Notes under the pieces: generated by a model | What the model saw: only the letters and a program-made list of their open reading frames with translations | The model's database searches: none | Told to the model about the DNA's origin: nothing | Shown: positions 24,812 to 39,500 of the stretch, piece by piece | How the letters are laid out: every line of letters starts with the position of its first letter | Numbering within the stretch: the stretch's first letter is position 1 | NCBI GenBank assembly: GCA_032718475.1 | Contig: JAUCBJ010008288.1 | Location: 20,883 to 84,882, forward strand | DNA length: 64,000 nt | Origin: Nemertoderma westbladi | Lineage: Eukaryota; Animalia; Xenacoelomorpha | Direction: 5' to 3' | Translations under genes and position numbers: made by a program

Positions 24812-25690
24812 CCTGAACCGGTACTGCTGTAGGTCCGTAGGCCTAACTGCCTGAACCGGTACTGCTGTAGGTCCGTAGGCCTAACTGCCTGAACCGGTAC
24901 TGCTGTAGGTCTGTAGGCCCAACTGTCCGAACCGGTACTTCCAGTATAAGTACATTAGTATTATTCGATTTTGATTATTGTATACCGGTAGGTCTTAGTA
25001 TTTAATCAGGGACTGCAGCCCTGGTTTTTATTGAGATTTTACTTATTTCTGTCAGTTTTATTTACATGTAAGTTAATATTGAGCTGAAGACGTGTAAGTC
25101 TGCTCAGATTATTCAGATAACTGTAGGCCGGACTGTTGTCGGATTGTTGTTGAGTCTGGAGAGATTGCGGCGTGTGTAGAGTTTGTCCGATAAAGTGCCA
25201 GTTAGTAAGTTGGGGCAGCCAGAGCTGTAAGGTCAATCCCCTCTTAAAGAATAAGCCGTACTACCGTGTTAGAACGCATACTAACTAACCATTTTGGAAT
25301 CTGCATATACTGTAGTTTATTTAGGCTTGACAGTATTCTGCCAGCGTTTTGGCCTGTGTTTGTTTGTGTGGTCTGTTCAGGTACCGTAATAGTTATTACT
25401 CAGATATTTTGTAGGCTGGATTGTTGTCTAGCTATTATTAGGTCTGAAGAGATTGCTGCGTGTGTAGAGTTTGTCTGATAAAGTGCCAGTTAGTAAGTTG
25501 GGGCAGCCAGAGCTGTAAGGTCAATCCCCTCTTAAAGAATAAGTCGTACTACCGTGTTAGAACGCATACTAACTAACCATTTTGGAATCTGCACATACTG
25601 TAGTTTATTTGGGCTTGGTGGTAGTCTGCCAGCGTTTGGTTTGTATTTTGTTTGAGTATTCTGTACGGGTAGCGTAATATTTATTATTCA
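24812..25690 (+). repeat. Repeats in the 2.2-kb leader of element A: 38-bp x3 (24812-24938) and a ~289-bp tandem duplication (~25120-25690)
   Basis: CCTGAACCGGTACTGCTGTAGGTCCGTAGGCCTAACTG x3; GATAAAGTGCCAGTTAGTAAGTTGGGGCAGCC occurs twice, 289 bp apart. Confidence 0.85.
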
Positions 25691-26980
25691 GAGTTTATGC
25701 GATTATTCGCAACATTCAATGTCCCCAAGTTTATTCCTACAGTAATTGTGCTTGTTACACATACCGTTATAGTTAAATTAACCCCGGTACTACACGGGCT
25801 GCTTGGCGTAGGTAAAGACTGGTGACTTTGTGCTCCGGTCACTCCAGCAGATGCCGTGGTTCTTTTAACTGTTCAAGTATATTTAACTGCTGGTTATCTG
25901 TTTTTAATAAGTACTTGTACCTAATTTAGGGTTTAGTGTACAGTGCTTTCCGAAGGTATTAGTGTGTAGGCAGTATATTTGTGTTGTAAAGTGGTTAATA
26001 GGCACGTTGGATCTGGTAGTCCGCGGTAATTAACTTCCAGGTAGGAACACTCCATGATACATAACGTAGTACCTATAGCGATACGGCTATAGGTCGTCAG
26101 GCGGTGGTATTTTCCTATCTGGACAGTGCAATATATTTACTACTACTTATTATTTTCAAATACCGTAGTACCCTGTCCGTTGTAATAACCAGAATTCTAA
26201 CCCATTGTTAGACTGGTTTGTAGACTTCTTTTAAAATTACCCTAAAATTTCATACGTAATATTTTGTTGTGTTTAATTAGAGAATTAATCTCACCGTATC
26301 GTAAGTAATTTGTAGTATTAAGTAACTTAGGTAAATTAGAATTATCTGTTTTAGTGTCCCATAAATAGCACTTCACTGAGAGCGCACAGCTTCTGTGTAG
26401 TGACTTCCCCCAGAAATAATAATATTTATTTCAAATATTGACAAAACCCATTTTAAACGGGTATATAAATATTATAAATCAACTCAAATGATTTATAAAT
26501 AGTAGGCCTGCCATACAACAACTAGGTCTCAATATCAGTTGGACTACTGCTTAAATAACGGTGATAAAGTAAGTTAAAGTAACTAAGTAACCTTTAAAAT
26601 TCAGAAATTCAATTATTTAAATAATTGATATACCGGTATTCACAATAGGCCTATTATCTTTATTTCTATAAATTTAGGCTGAAATTATACCGGTATTCTG
26701 TAATTAATTCTAGTCCAGAATTATACTTATATACTATAAGTGTCAGCTGTATACCGGTATTCACGATAGGCCTATTATATATTTATATATATTTGTGCTA
26801 AAATTATATACCGGTACTCTGTGACAAACCTAGTTTACAATACTTCTATATATTATAAGTGTATACCGGTATTCTAATATACTGTAATAAATTACCGGTA
26901 CTAGGCCAACGGTCATACTGAATTACTAGACTTGCTTTAACTGTAACTATAGCAGTAAGCCTTCAACTGTATAGCTAAAC

Positions 26981-29900
26981 ATGTCTGACACCCAGCAAAA
27001 CCTGTCAGACAGTCTAATCGATACAACCATCTGTGACACAGATAGGAGTGTGGAGCGATTAAGAAAGGAGTTCAGCTCACCTCCTACTGAAAGAAAGGTC
27101 ATCCCTCCAGTAGTAGTATCAGACCCTAAGCTAATCCAACACCGTAGGTCTATCATCGGCACTCGGGCCCAAGTCAAACGGAACCAGGAAGCAGATGTCC
27201 AACAGCAGCAACATCCTAGTCAAGAAACTTGTTCCCAGCGACCCGATAGCTCCAGTAGTTCGGATACTGTAGAGCTGACCCCCGAACGCGGAGTGCAGAT
27301 GGCGGCTACAGCCTACTCGGATCCCCTTCTCACCCTTCCTGCCGCAGTGCTAACTACTATATTGATTGCGGTGGAGGAACACCAAGCCGATTGGGCGAGA
27401 AGTAAGCGAGCGACCCAAGATAGTTATGCGGGATACGCCAGGGAAGAATTGATGTCTATTGTCGAGTCACAATGGAACTTTCCCGGACCCGGACTCCCGT
27501 TAGATTTGTCCGAAGCTACTTGGGAAGATATACACAGGATGGGAGTAGCTAAAGACACGATGGATCCAGCTGTTTGGAAGAGGTCGGCAGCAGGATATGT
27601 GCAGGGATTCTTTGGCTCCTTAGAGCGATTAGAAGAACAACTGTTTAGACAACCCCAAAGACCTCAAGAGCAGGAAGAGCTGCTATATCAAGTACGCGAA
27701 AAAACCCTACGCACAAGAAACGGCCCAGTGGAAATCCCAGCTGGCGGAGCGACCAACCTATGAAGAATCAACTGATGCCACCTTTTCTCAAGAGGAAAGC
27801 GAAGTGACCGCAGAGAGACCGCGAACGAGAGACGCCATCGACATCTATCTGTCAGACTATCAACGTTTCCTAGGTAGGATGAAGAATTGAGGAGACGACT
27901 GGCTGGACTTCGCCCCAATAGTGAAGAAGCCAAGCTTGTGTTGGACTCAATCGATGAGGAAATGTTAGCTGCAAACCAAGCTAAATTTGATGAAAAACTC
28001 CGCCTCGCTAGAGTCCAAGAAGAACAAGTAAAGAAAAGACGGATAGAGGACAGAAAGGCAGTAGCAGCGGCGAAAGCGGCAGCGGCAGTGGAAGAGGCGA
28101 AAGCGGCAGCGGCAGTGGAAGAGGCAGTAGCAGCGGCAAAAGCGGCATCGGCATGGAAGCAGCCAAAGCAGCAGCAGCAATGGCATTGGCAGACGCAGAA
28201 CAGAGAGCGTCTGAAGAGACCACACAACTGGAGTTGGAAAATCTTCAAGAGACGCAAGACTGCATAAATAAACAGTTAACTGCTAGTCAAATGCAGATGA
28301 GGAGTAGATCTACTCCCAAGCGCCAAGGATACACATCATCGGAGGAAGGCGAGACCACCGATCCTGAAGGCGGAGTAAATAGATCTCGTCTAAGCAGGCG
28401 TAGAAAAACATCTCACCGTCACAAATTGCCTGATTTGCCCCCAGCGGTTAGAAGACAACTAGCTAGCACAGACTTAGGTAGTACAGAACCTACAGAACAA
28501 ATTATTCAGGTCAAAAGACTCCCTACAATAGTTGATGAGCCTGAAATAATTAGGCCTGTCGTTCCCAAAGCCACTCCTGTGCTAGAGACCCCTGTACTTC
28601 CAGAGCTTAACTCTAAATTTCCTTTACACAGTACTACACTGCCTGTACCCGGTAGTACAGTCCATGAGAATATCCCTGTCCTGGAAGCTGAGAGAGAAAT
28701 CAAAGATTTGTCTCCCGTCGTCCCACGTCAGCCCGCTACAATGTTGGCGACTCCCGCTTCGGCGGTCGAGTGGGTAGAGGAGGGACGGCGGGGGATGAGT
28801 CTCCTGCTCGGACAGATGCAGGAGACTGTCTACCAACTTAAGGGAACAGTAAGGGAAAGTAGGGCAGAATTGCAAGAAGTGCAGCAAAGCATCGCGCTAG
28901 AACGTGACAAATTAGTCAATATACAAAAGGGTATACCAATACACCCAGTAACATTGTGTCAACCTGTTAGGTCTGAAGTATTACATGCGCAAGGTGTGGA
29001 GCCTACACGCATCTATACTGCTAGTGAAGTAGAAACTCCTATAGCAAACCCTATTAAGGGTGATTATAAACCTGTTGTTAATGATATTCCCTATAGACCT
29101 GATAATGATCCGAGAAATTTATATACCGATAATTCGATATTAAATAACACGATGGCCCAAGAAAGCTTTACGCGTCAGATGGTTAGAACAGAAGCCCGCC
29201 AAGCGGTCAAAGTGGGAGAGATCGTCAAATTCAATGGGGATGAGATGAAATGGTTACCTTTCAATGAATATTACAAAGATAGCATACAGAAATCTGTACT
29301 ATCTAATGGAGAGAAACTTAGGTTCCTCATCAAGTGCTTGGAAGGACCTCCCAAGTTAATGGCGTTAAAGTTTATTGGACATCCAGAAGGATTAAGACAA
29401 GTTTGGGATACATTAAACATCAGGTATGGTAACAAGGATAACATAGCTAAGTATTTGTATGCAAAATTAGTAGCCCCCCGAAACTTCCTTAGTAGCGGGA
29501 TTATAGAGTTTTCCGATGAGATTCAGGAGATCTGTAGACAATTGGACTGGTTAGGTAAGTCTCATGAATATCAGAGTTCCATGGTTATTGGAGCAGTAGT
29601 CTCTACTTTACCAAAGGGTGGAGTATGTACACGCTGGGACAAGAAAGTGTTGTATATGAATGAGCAGCAACGATGAAGCCCTACCATGGCTGATCTCATG
29701 TCCTTCTTAGATGGTGAAGTAAAACTACAACTCATCAAGCAGTCCAGAGAGAAAACATCAGAAAATAAGGTAAGTGAGAAACCCGTTTCTAGGAGAAGAG
29801 TAACACCGGTGTGCTACACTGACGACGGCGAAAGCCAAACTTCTCAAGAAGAGGACAGCGGGAAAGACACTGATCGATCTTACTACGTTGACAAAACCTC

Positions 29901-32900
29901 AAAGGAAGTAAGTAAATACAAGGCTCGAACCAAAGATAGGAGAGAACAGGTTGCCAAGACTCCTCCTCAGTCTCCTAACAGAATGCACGGAAGAAAGCCC
30001 GAAGAAAGAACGAGAGTGCATCAAGTTACCCAAGGTAAAGTGAGTAACATAAAACCTAACTGTGCGCTGTGCGACGGGACCCACCGTTTGAGTGCGTGTG
30101 CTGAATTTCTAAAGAAATCCCTTGTAGACAGACGTGCAGTCATGTGGGATAAGCGGTTATGCTATAATTGCCTCAGATCAGGACACCAACGGCGAACCTG
30201 TTACTCCGACGTAAAGTGTGCAAAATGTGACGCGAAACATCACATCTTGTTACACAGTGAGTTCGAACGAAACAACCCGAGTAAGGTAAGTGAGCCCGAA
30301 CTACATGTCCAATTCAGTGATGTAAATGACACTGATCAAGAATCTGAGATGGAAGGATTCTATACTGACGAATTCTCCGACGCCAACGAATCCTGTTATC
30401 TAATCATTACCGCGGTGTATCGAGCACTTACTTATGAAAAGGACACCGACAATGAGTTCCCCCCAACTACTTTTGCCAGACAACCATCTTGGAAAGCTCC
30501 AACTTCCAATGTAGGAATCAGAGAATTTCCTGTAGTGCAGGTAAGAGTTCACGGTCCTAACAAAAGTTACATAGTGAACGCCCTCCTTGACTCCGGCAGC
30601 ACAGGAACATTCATCGATCAAGAACTAGCCGAAGATATCTTTGCTGGACAACCCAAATTCCGGACTAAATTGAATATGTCAGGAATTATGCAGGTTTGGA
30701 AATCTACCCTAACGGCAGACTACTATGTAGGTGTGTTGTCCACCCCCCAGGATAAACTAGGAGCACAAGGTATAAGGTCGGTAAAAATGGTGGCTATAAA
30801 GAACTTCGCTACTACCCAAGCAGACCTTTATAATTGGGACGAGGATGAGAGCATCCAACATCTTAAGATACCTCGATTCCAGACAAGATTATCCTGGAGT
30901 GCAAATACTCATCGGCCAAAATGCGCATGAGGCGCTCGAGACATTGGAGAAACGGCCTGCTCAACCGCAGCCACTGCAAACCTATGCGGTAAGAACTAGA
31001 GTAGGTTGGTACTTTACTGGCCCTTCCCACAAAACTCTCGAAGAGAGAATGCCACGAGAACGAATATACCAAGTAAACGATTGGGAAGTGGAGAGCAGTG
31101 AGGTGGACGAACTAACTGAGGGAACACCATACTCCTCAGATAATGACGACATCTACCAACTCTTCGATGAAGAGAACACAATCGACCTACTTATAGAAAA
31201 CAAAACGTGGAAAAACCAGGTGAACCTATGTCAACTGATTCGCCCATCGGGACCCATTGATTACAATGACGAACTAAATGATGAGATAGAGCGATACAAC
31301 GCTAGAACTCGGGACGAACTCGCCGTACGATTCTTTACTCAAGAATTAGTAGAGCCCAATTCATACGATAAGGCCCTATCGATAGAAGAAGAAAGAGCCA
31401 AGCAAATCCAGGAAACAACTACCCGTTTTTTAAAAGACCAAGGTAGATATGAAATCGGCCTACCATTTCGAAAACGAGAACCTAGATTTATAAATAACAG
31501 ACCCTTGGCAGAGAAAAGAATCACTCAATTGCATCGACGCCTTATGGCTAATGCTTCAGCTAAAGAAATGTACCAAACTCAGTTGAAGAAATTTATAACA
31601 AAGGGATACGCGGAGTGAGTACCGGAAGGAACACCAGTGACTGAGAGAACGTATTACTTAACACATCATTACGTTCCCAAACCCAGTAAACCCCACGAAG
31701 TACGAGTCATATTCGATGGCTCCGCTCTATATATGGGCCAATCCCTCAATTCCGAGTTGTTACCAGGACCCAACTTACTCCAATCCTTGTTGGGAATACT
31801 TTTGAGATTAAGACAATATTCCATCGCGTTCGCCTCCGATATAGTAGGAATGTTCTTACAAGTCAAGGCGCTGGATAGAGATAGAGACAGCCTGAGATTT
31901 CTGTGGTGGCCTGAAGGAGATCTCAACCAAAAACCGGTAGAGTACTGGATGACCATCCAGGCTTTTGGGATCATATCAAGCCCTTCCAACGCCTGCTCCG
32001 TGGTGCGGACCACTGCGAATGACAACCGAGACGCCTTCTCCAAAGAGGTGATAGACAACATCAAGCGTAATATATACATGGACGACAATTTAAGGTCCCT
32101 TCCATCAGTAGAAGAAGCCATTGATGTCTCGAAAGGAACGGTAGAGTGTTTGAAAAGAGGTGGATTTCGACTGACGAAATTCACCAGCAACTCCCGTGAG
32201 TTTCTGGAAGCGATACCGGTAGAAGACCGAGGAACTAAAGACCTAGACTTAATAAAGGACGATCTTCCAGAAACCAAGACGCTTGGCTTGAAGTGGGACA
32301 CTGAAAGAGATATCCTGTTTTTTCAGCTAAAACAGCGAGATAATCCAGTTCGGACCAAACGGATTTGTTTAAGTATCCTGAGCACTTATTTCGACCCATT
32401 GGGATTTATTAGCCCAGTTATATTGATTGCTCGGAGTTTAGTACAACAAATGTGGCTTGAAAACCACTCGTGGGACGATCCGCTTAAGGGAGAACTGTTA
32501 AAGAAATGGATGAAATGGGAAGATTCTCTACCTGCCATCGAGAGCTTTGTAATTTCCCGTGCATATTTTGGTCATGTTCTTCCTACGTATTCCTATCAAC
32601 TCCATGTGTTTGGAGACGCCAGCGACATGGGAATAGGTATAGTAGCATATCTGCGAGTCGAAACTCCTGATGGAATCAAAGTCGCCTTGGTTACCTCTAA
32701 GGCATTGATTAACAACAAGTTAAAGGTTCCTCGAGCGGAGTTAAAAGCGGCTTTATACGCTACAGCCATCGGCCGGAACGTAACAGAACAAATCGACTAT
32801 CCATTGGAGAAAACTGTTTATTGGACCGACGCTTTACTCGTGTTGGAGTATATAACCAATGAAGTCTGTCAGTTCAGCGTTTTTGTTACTAACAGGGTAG

Positions 32901-34952
32901 CTATTATTCTTAGTCGCACAAAGATCGATCAATGGAGACATTGCCCTGGTACGATTAATCCAGCCGATATCGCCTCCAGGGGAGCAACTCCACAGGAACT
33001 GATAGATACTCCAGATTGGTTGGGTGGACCCGACTTCCTGAGCAAGGAAGAGGATGAATGGCCTCCTCACCTTACTACGGCAGAGATTAGACAAGCCAAG
33101 GGAGCGGAGACAGTCAAACCTAAAACCCGGGCGAGTAAATCGAAGTTATTTAAACCGACTATCGATCTATCTGTATTACATACTTCCGGAAACGATGCTT
33201 CGGATCCACAATCCCTCGCCACAATTAAGTCTGTTGTGGAAATTAGAGATAGAGATTGGAAATCTGGAATACCAGACGTCTCACAAGGAATCTCACCCCT
33301 GCTGCAGAGAGCAATGCATCACTACAGTTCCTGGAATCGGCTCTGTAAAGCCGTCACATATTTAAGGAGATGTTTTCATCATCACTACTCCAGGACGAAG
33401 ACCATTAGTGATACCGCTCCATTGACATCTGCGCAAGTTCATGTTATTGAAAATTTACCCAAATATAAGAGAAAATTTAAAGGAGAAAATTAGTTACCAG
33501 GAGCATGAAGAAACCAATAAGCAGATACTGAAACTCCTGCAATGCTATGAGGATTCCGATAAGTATTTCCTGTTGTTGAGAAATCCGCAGATGCGCTTAA
33601 GGGATCGATTCTCTAGCACAATGATAGATGGGTTAATACGTGTTGGAGGAAGGCTCACCAATGCGCCATTATCCTTTGACACTAAATTCCCCATACTCAT
33701 TAGAAATCTTGAAGTACAAATCAAGATGATTGTAGATGTTCACAGTAAACTTTATCATGCTGGTAGAGAACGAGTTCTTAGCGAAATTCGAACTCGCTAT
33801 TATTTTGATAAACCCCGTAGAGCTCTGAACCAAGTTCTTAGGAACTGCATACCCTGTAGGAAAGCATTCAGTAGGCCTTTAACACAGCGAGAGGCAGAAT
33901 TACCTAGGGAACGAGTAAGCTTCTATGAACCACCTTTTACTAATACTGGTGTAGATTTATTTGGCCCTATTGAAGTATATTGTGCTAGGACTATAGTCAA
34001 GAAATGGTGTGTCATCTTCGTATGCATGACTTGTAGAGCCATCCATCTCGATATGGTGAACGATCTATCTACCAACAGCTTCGTCTTAAGTTTACGCCGA
34101 CAGATCGCTCGCTTCGGGATGAGTAATACCATGAGATCGGATAAGGGAACGAACTTCATTGGTGCCAACAACGAAATCCAGGCTTACATGAAGGACTGGA
34201 ACCAAAGACAGGTGGACGATCAGCTAAGGATAACAGCGTCTAGCTGGACCTTCAACGCCGCCGACGCCCCTTGGTGGGGAGGAAGTTGGGAGAGATTAAT
34301 TAGAAGTGTCAAGACCGCATTTCACTTTATAGTGCCATGCCGCGCGTATCTCACCGACGAACTTTTGCGGACGTTAATGGAGGAAATAGCTGCCTATCTC
34401 AACGAGAGACCGCTTATGCCAGTCTCATCGAGTCCCGATTCCCTGGAAGCGCTAACACCCGCGCACTTCCTACTGAAGAAACCTGTAGCCATGCTCCCAC
34501 GATCGGAGATTGCCGACGGAGACGAATACTGCCGTCGAACTTGGCAACTTATGCAGTTGCTATCCCATCGTTTCGCTGACCATTTCGAGAAACATTATCT
34601 GCCCACGCTACAACTTCGAACCAAGTGGTTTGCGCAGCAAGAAAACGTCAGCGCCGGAGATATGGTGCTTATTGTAGATTCAGACCTCCCACGTAAACGG
34701 TGGCAGACAGGTCGTATCATCGAGACTCACATCTCGGATGATGGTTTAGTACGCTCGGTAGAACTCGTCGTCATGCGGCGTAACTTCAAGAAGCCAGGCA
34801 TAATCTTTGAGACGCAACAACTCAACCGCCCAGTTGGTCGTTTATGTTTACTGGAAAGAGACAGAGAACTCTCCGGAAACTATGGAAGACAAGACACTCT
34901 TCCCACGACCACCTCCCTAATTCCTCAAACATCTAGGGACTCCCCAACGTGA
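26981..34952 (+). pseudogene. BEL/Pao gag-pol of element A with long coiled-coil N-terminal extension; several stops/frameshifts
   Basis: Gag KFNGDEMKWLPF and three CCHC-type knuckles; protease ALLDSGSTGTF; RT IYMDD; RNase H VFGDASD; integrase HHCC, GVDLFGP, RSDKGTNF, WERLI. Confidence 0.93.
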
Positions 34953-36574
34953 TACGTCTGGAGTGGGTGCATGACTATATTATTTTATCTATTTTATTAT
35001 ATTTTATATGTGAACATTATTATGTACTTTATTATAATCGTTTTTATTCAATTTTATTTAGGGGAAGGTTATTTTAGATTATTTGGTAGATTAGTGCAAT
35101 ATATTAGTGTTTATTACGTAATTACATATATAATATATATTTAGTGTGACGGCGAGAAATAATTTTTTCTGTTTCCTTACTGTCCGTATCATATTATAAA
35201 TACGTGACTACAGTAAGATGAAATGTCCGTACTTATTAAAGTACAATAAAGCCACTACTATATTCAAGTATTATTGGTAGGCAGAGTATTAGGAATGCAA
35301 AGTTCAGATCCTCGTGTCTCGGCTAAACCAAGCTCTGGGTAGACCTTGGAAACGACTTGCCTCTTCACACTGACATTGCTTCGTGCGATATTGCTCTTCT
35401 ACCTTATATTAAATAATACATATAGTAGCGTGATGTCCCTCTAACAGTAGCGTAAAAACGCAAATAAATCTGTTAAACCTTTTTGACCATCTGTAATTCT
35501 AGTCGATTAAGATATCGCGGCACCCACCGATATACTTGAAAGACAAATTCTAGAATCAGTGGTTAACGTCCCCAGACAAGTTCTGGAATAAATCGGTGCC
35601 CATTTTAAATATTAATTTAATATTTATTAAAATCTGTAAAATTCAGATCCTTTAAAATTTCTAGTCAATTAAGATATCGCAGCACTGACCGATACTCTTA
35701 AAGGACAATTTTATAGAATTAAGGATCCTCAGTCCCCAGACATGCTCTGGAATAAAAATTGTGTCAATTTTAACATCAAATAATAAAATTCATGGGAATA
35801 AATTTAAATTCATATTTTAAATGAATTTCATAAATTGTCATTTTGTGCAATTTATAACCTTCCCAAAATTCCATTAATTAATAGATCATGGGAGCGGAGA
35901 TTCATCCTATTGAGTGTATTAGAGTGCGAGAATCTCCAACATATAGTCAATAGCCGATAAAATTAATAAAATCATGCATAAAGAGGATATTGACAATTAA
36001 AGAATTACTATTAAATAGCATTCCAGATCTGTATGCATGAGAATTACCCTAATTCTACCGCTAGCTTTCCATAATGTCACCATAGCAACACCCACGCTAG
36101 AATTAGAAGCAAGTTAAAAGAACAATAGAAAGCTTGTCCCATTGCATAGCATAGAGAATACATAGCACACTGTTAGTATCCAAGGATACAAAGTAATAAC
36201 GTGACATTCTGGAAGGCACTGACTAACGGACAAATGGCCTGTATGTGTACAATTGGTGACAGTTGTGTGGAATTTGTGCATTTATAGGTGAATGTTACTG
36301 CTAAAGTATGTTTACAGTAGCTAGTCGCAATTGTAAAAGTAGCCCAACTCTCCTATAGAAAGAACCTCAAGTGGATCCAAGCCTTTGGGACGGACAGTGG
36401 AGTGACTTGTGCCGGTTATCGTTGTCGTGCTGTTGCTACATGTTGGCGTAAACACCGCGACGACGGTACATCGGCGCTGAGAATCCCACTGTCCGGGGGC
36501 AAAGAGAGGTAGGCAGCGACGCCCGCTCGCCTAAACATAAACTCATTTGATATTAATAAACTCAGATAGCAGAT

Positions 36575-39500
36575 ATGACGGAGTTGATAGAAGATGATCT
36601 TGGTATTAGGGAGCGATATACTCTACCTTTACAAGCATTTGTGGATAGCTTAATACGCGGTGAAGCCGATCCAACCATTACAGAGGACGATGGTCGTTAT
36701 ATCGAACCGCCGATGTCCCAAGAGCAACTTGCGCGTGAATTGGATTATCGAAAATTCACCGCTCGCTATACGAATCGTAATGGTACGTATATGGACTTCT
36801 TAACTACCGGCCATCCTATCGATTTACATGATACGGACGATGTAGATACAGAGAGGGAAATGGTTCTATTTAAATATCATACCCAGCGGAGTCGTAACGA
36901 TAAACCGAGAATAGATCATGAAAATTCTATTCGTAATAGACTGGAAAGAGAAAACGTTGAAGAACCGGATAAACGCATCGACTTCAACGAATACCTAGAA
37001 TTTTTGAGAGAAACCTATCTCAACATCGCCAGTCAGCAGAACCTAGAGACACGATATCCTCAAGGTATACATCATGACCCTGTGGTAGAACTCAAACGGC
37101 TCTATTTCACTATGATGTATCTTACCGCCGATCGTCCACTACCTGTTATCCCGGATAGTTTTGAACAAATGGAAGAATATTGCAAAACTGGAGAACGATC
37201 ACCCGCGTTTCCTCTGCAGGACGTACGTCTTTGGTATTATTGTGACGAATGCCCTAGACCCAACCAACAAACTGAAAGACATAAACATCCGCGGAGACGT
37301 TGCGCTAAACACAGCTTTACGCGTTACACTTACGGGAGTTTCGAGTGAAACCTGTTCGACGTACCACCTACGATCGCTCGTCTTAAACGATCACTGAATA
37401 AACCCATGATCAGAGTTCCGGAATACTCGGTCAGGCCTCCTCATTCCCTAGTGAGACCTCAAACTCTTGATCCTAACAGTATCACTGATCCTCCCGAACT
37501 ATATTCCCTGTTCAAAGACTTAGTGTTACCCGAACAATTAATCGGTGGTGCTCCGGTAGTGGGTTCGTTAGACATTCGCCCATCCTACTTAGCCGGATTG
37601 GGACGCGGGCAGCTAATATCGCCCTTTGATCCTTACAATCGTCCAGGATTAAATCCGATGCAACCCGCCACGGAAGTCGAGGAGAGCGTTATAAGAAACG
37701 CTTTAGACGCTATTCGACAGAAGATCGGAAAGGGAACACAAGATTGTTTAGAGAAACGTAAATTACAACAACAAGTCCAATCGGTGAAGGACTTAGCCTT
37801 GCCACAGTTCGATAGAGAAATCCAAAACCTCGAGGAGGACATCGAGCTTGGACTCACATATTCTCTACAAGAATTTTTAGATGAACGCTTACAGAGACAA
37901 GCGGAAGAAAATCTACTCGAAGAGAAACACACGAAAATGGACGAGAGAGAAGAAGCCGCTTTAGCCCAACCTGAAGCTCAAATCCTTATGACGGATCTCT
38001 ACTCTAAAACCGTCCGTCATCCCTTGATGATTCCACATTTCGGAGACAAACTCTTCGCGATGATACAACCTCAACCGGTTGATATCAGTACAGGATCGCA
38101 AAATCTTATCGCTGACGCCCCTATGTTACAGCGTCCGCCGATCGAGGCTGCTCGTGTTGATGGTATACTCGTTGAACCTCCGGACAATCGAGCGGATCTT
38201 GTCCGTCGTATGGTACACGATGTCAACATATGCGCTAGACCTTTACAGAACTCGTTTTATGGGATTAAAGACCACCCTTATTACGTTAATCTGACTCAAA
38301 ATTATATGGTAAAACCAGAAGACCCGACGCATAATTTAAAGTTTCTACCACTAATAAATCCTCTAGACATTGTCGAACTCGAACAATTGCAGAAACATCT
38401 GGATCAGTTAGTAAAGGTAAACTCATTTAGAAAACCATATAACATTTCTCGAATCGAGAAGGATATAGAACCTCCTTATAATCTCGATGGATTTATTAAA
38501 ACTCGATTAGTCCATTGGAATCTAGATGTATTATTTGAAGAAGAGAAAATACAAAGATATGGAAATGTGGAGACGTATACCACTCGGCACATGAAGTATA
38601 GTGATCTCCCTGACGCTAACCAATGCGCCACCTTGTGGCATCCAGTAGGAATGACCCTAGAGAACGCCACCAAGGAGTGGAATGAAACTCTTAATGTTAT
38701 TGAGATGTATGGAGTTGTCACCTACGATAATGAAGGTAGCGTTCCGGTCGGAGAACTAGGAACTACGCGCATGATCCACATACGTGGATTAGCTGGTTCT
38801 ACCCACGTGTTTACTCGAGCGTGTTCCGACGTGATTGATTATTCCTTTGAAACTCTCACCGAAACACAAAGGAATCTCCGACATGGACAATTCGAACTCG
38901 CGCAGCGTTACGTCATTGACACCGAACACAAACCGGCCATGGGTATCGATGGATCGATGTTACCCCAGCCCGTACTCGAGATGTTGTTCAACGAAAGAAT
39001 CCTTAAAATCGGCTCAGCTGTTTATGGAGATCTCCAAAACGACTTTCGGAATATGGAGAACATTCCATACCCTTTCGTTGATACTCAGCTGATTGCTCCC
39101 TGGGCAGAAGGTCGAGGTTTCTTCCGCACCATGTATGCTAATACGTCTAGCAACATTACAAAGGTGCAACGAACTTCCATCGGACATCTTGCATTTCAGG
39201 AATATGGATGGAATTTCAAAGTCGGAAATCCCATCAACTATCAACAAGTATACGGAGATCATTATTCTCGATTATACTTTGATGGACCATTGACCGCACC
39301 TGGCGCCGTGTATAGCTTCATGAGTGTTCCACTCCGTCCCTCCTTAGCTATCTACACGATCTTTGAAAACACCGCACTTGCCGGTTGGCTAGCCGATGTG
39401 TGCAGTCGTACTATACGCGCCCATCCATTAATACTTGGGACCAAACTCGCTAAGCTAGATGAACATAATAAATTCATCCGCTTCGAATGTTTCCGGCGAT

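Noticed and set aside
27761-37348. Repeated in-frame TGA codons in element A as programmed readthrough or selenocysteine
   Set aside because: They co-occur with a TAG and several frameshifts and fit CGA-to-TGA decay or sequence error; no supporting signal seen.
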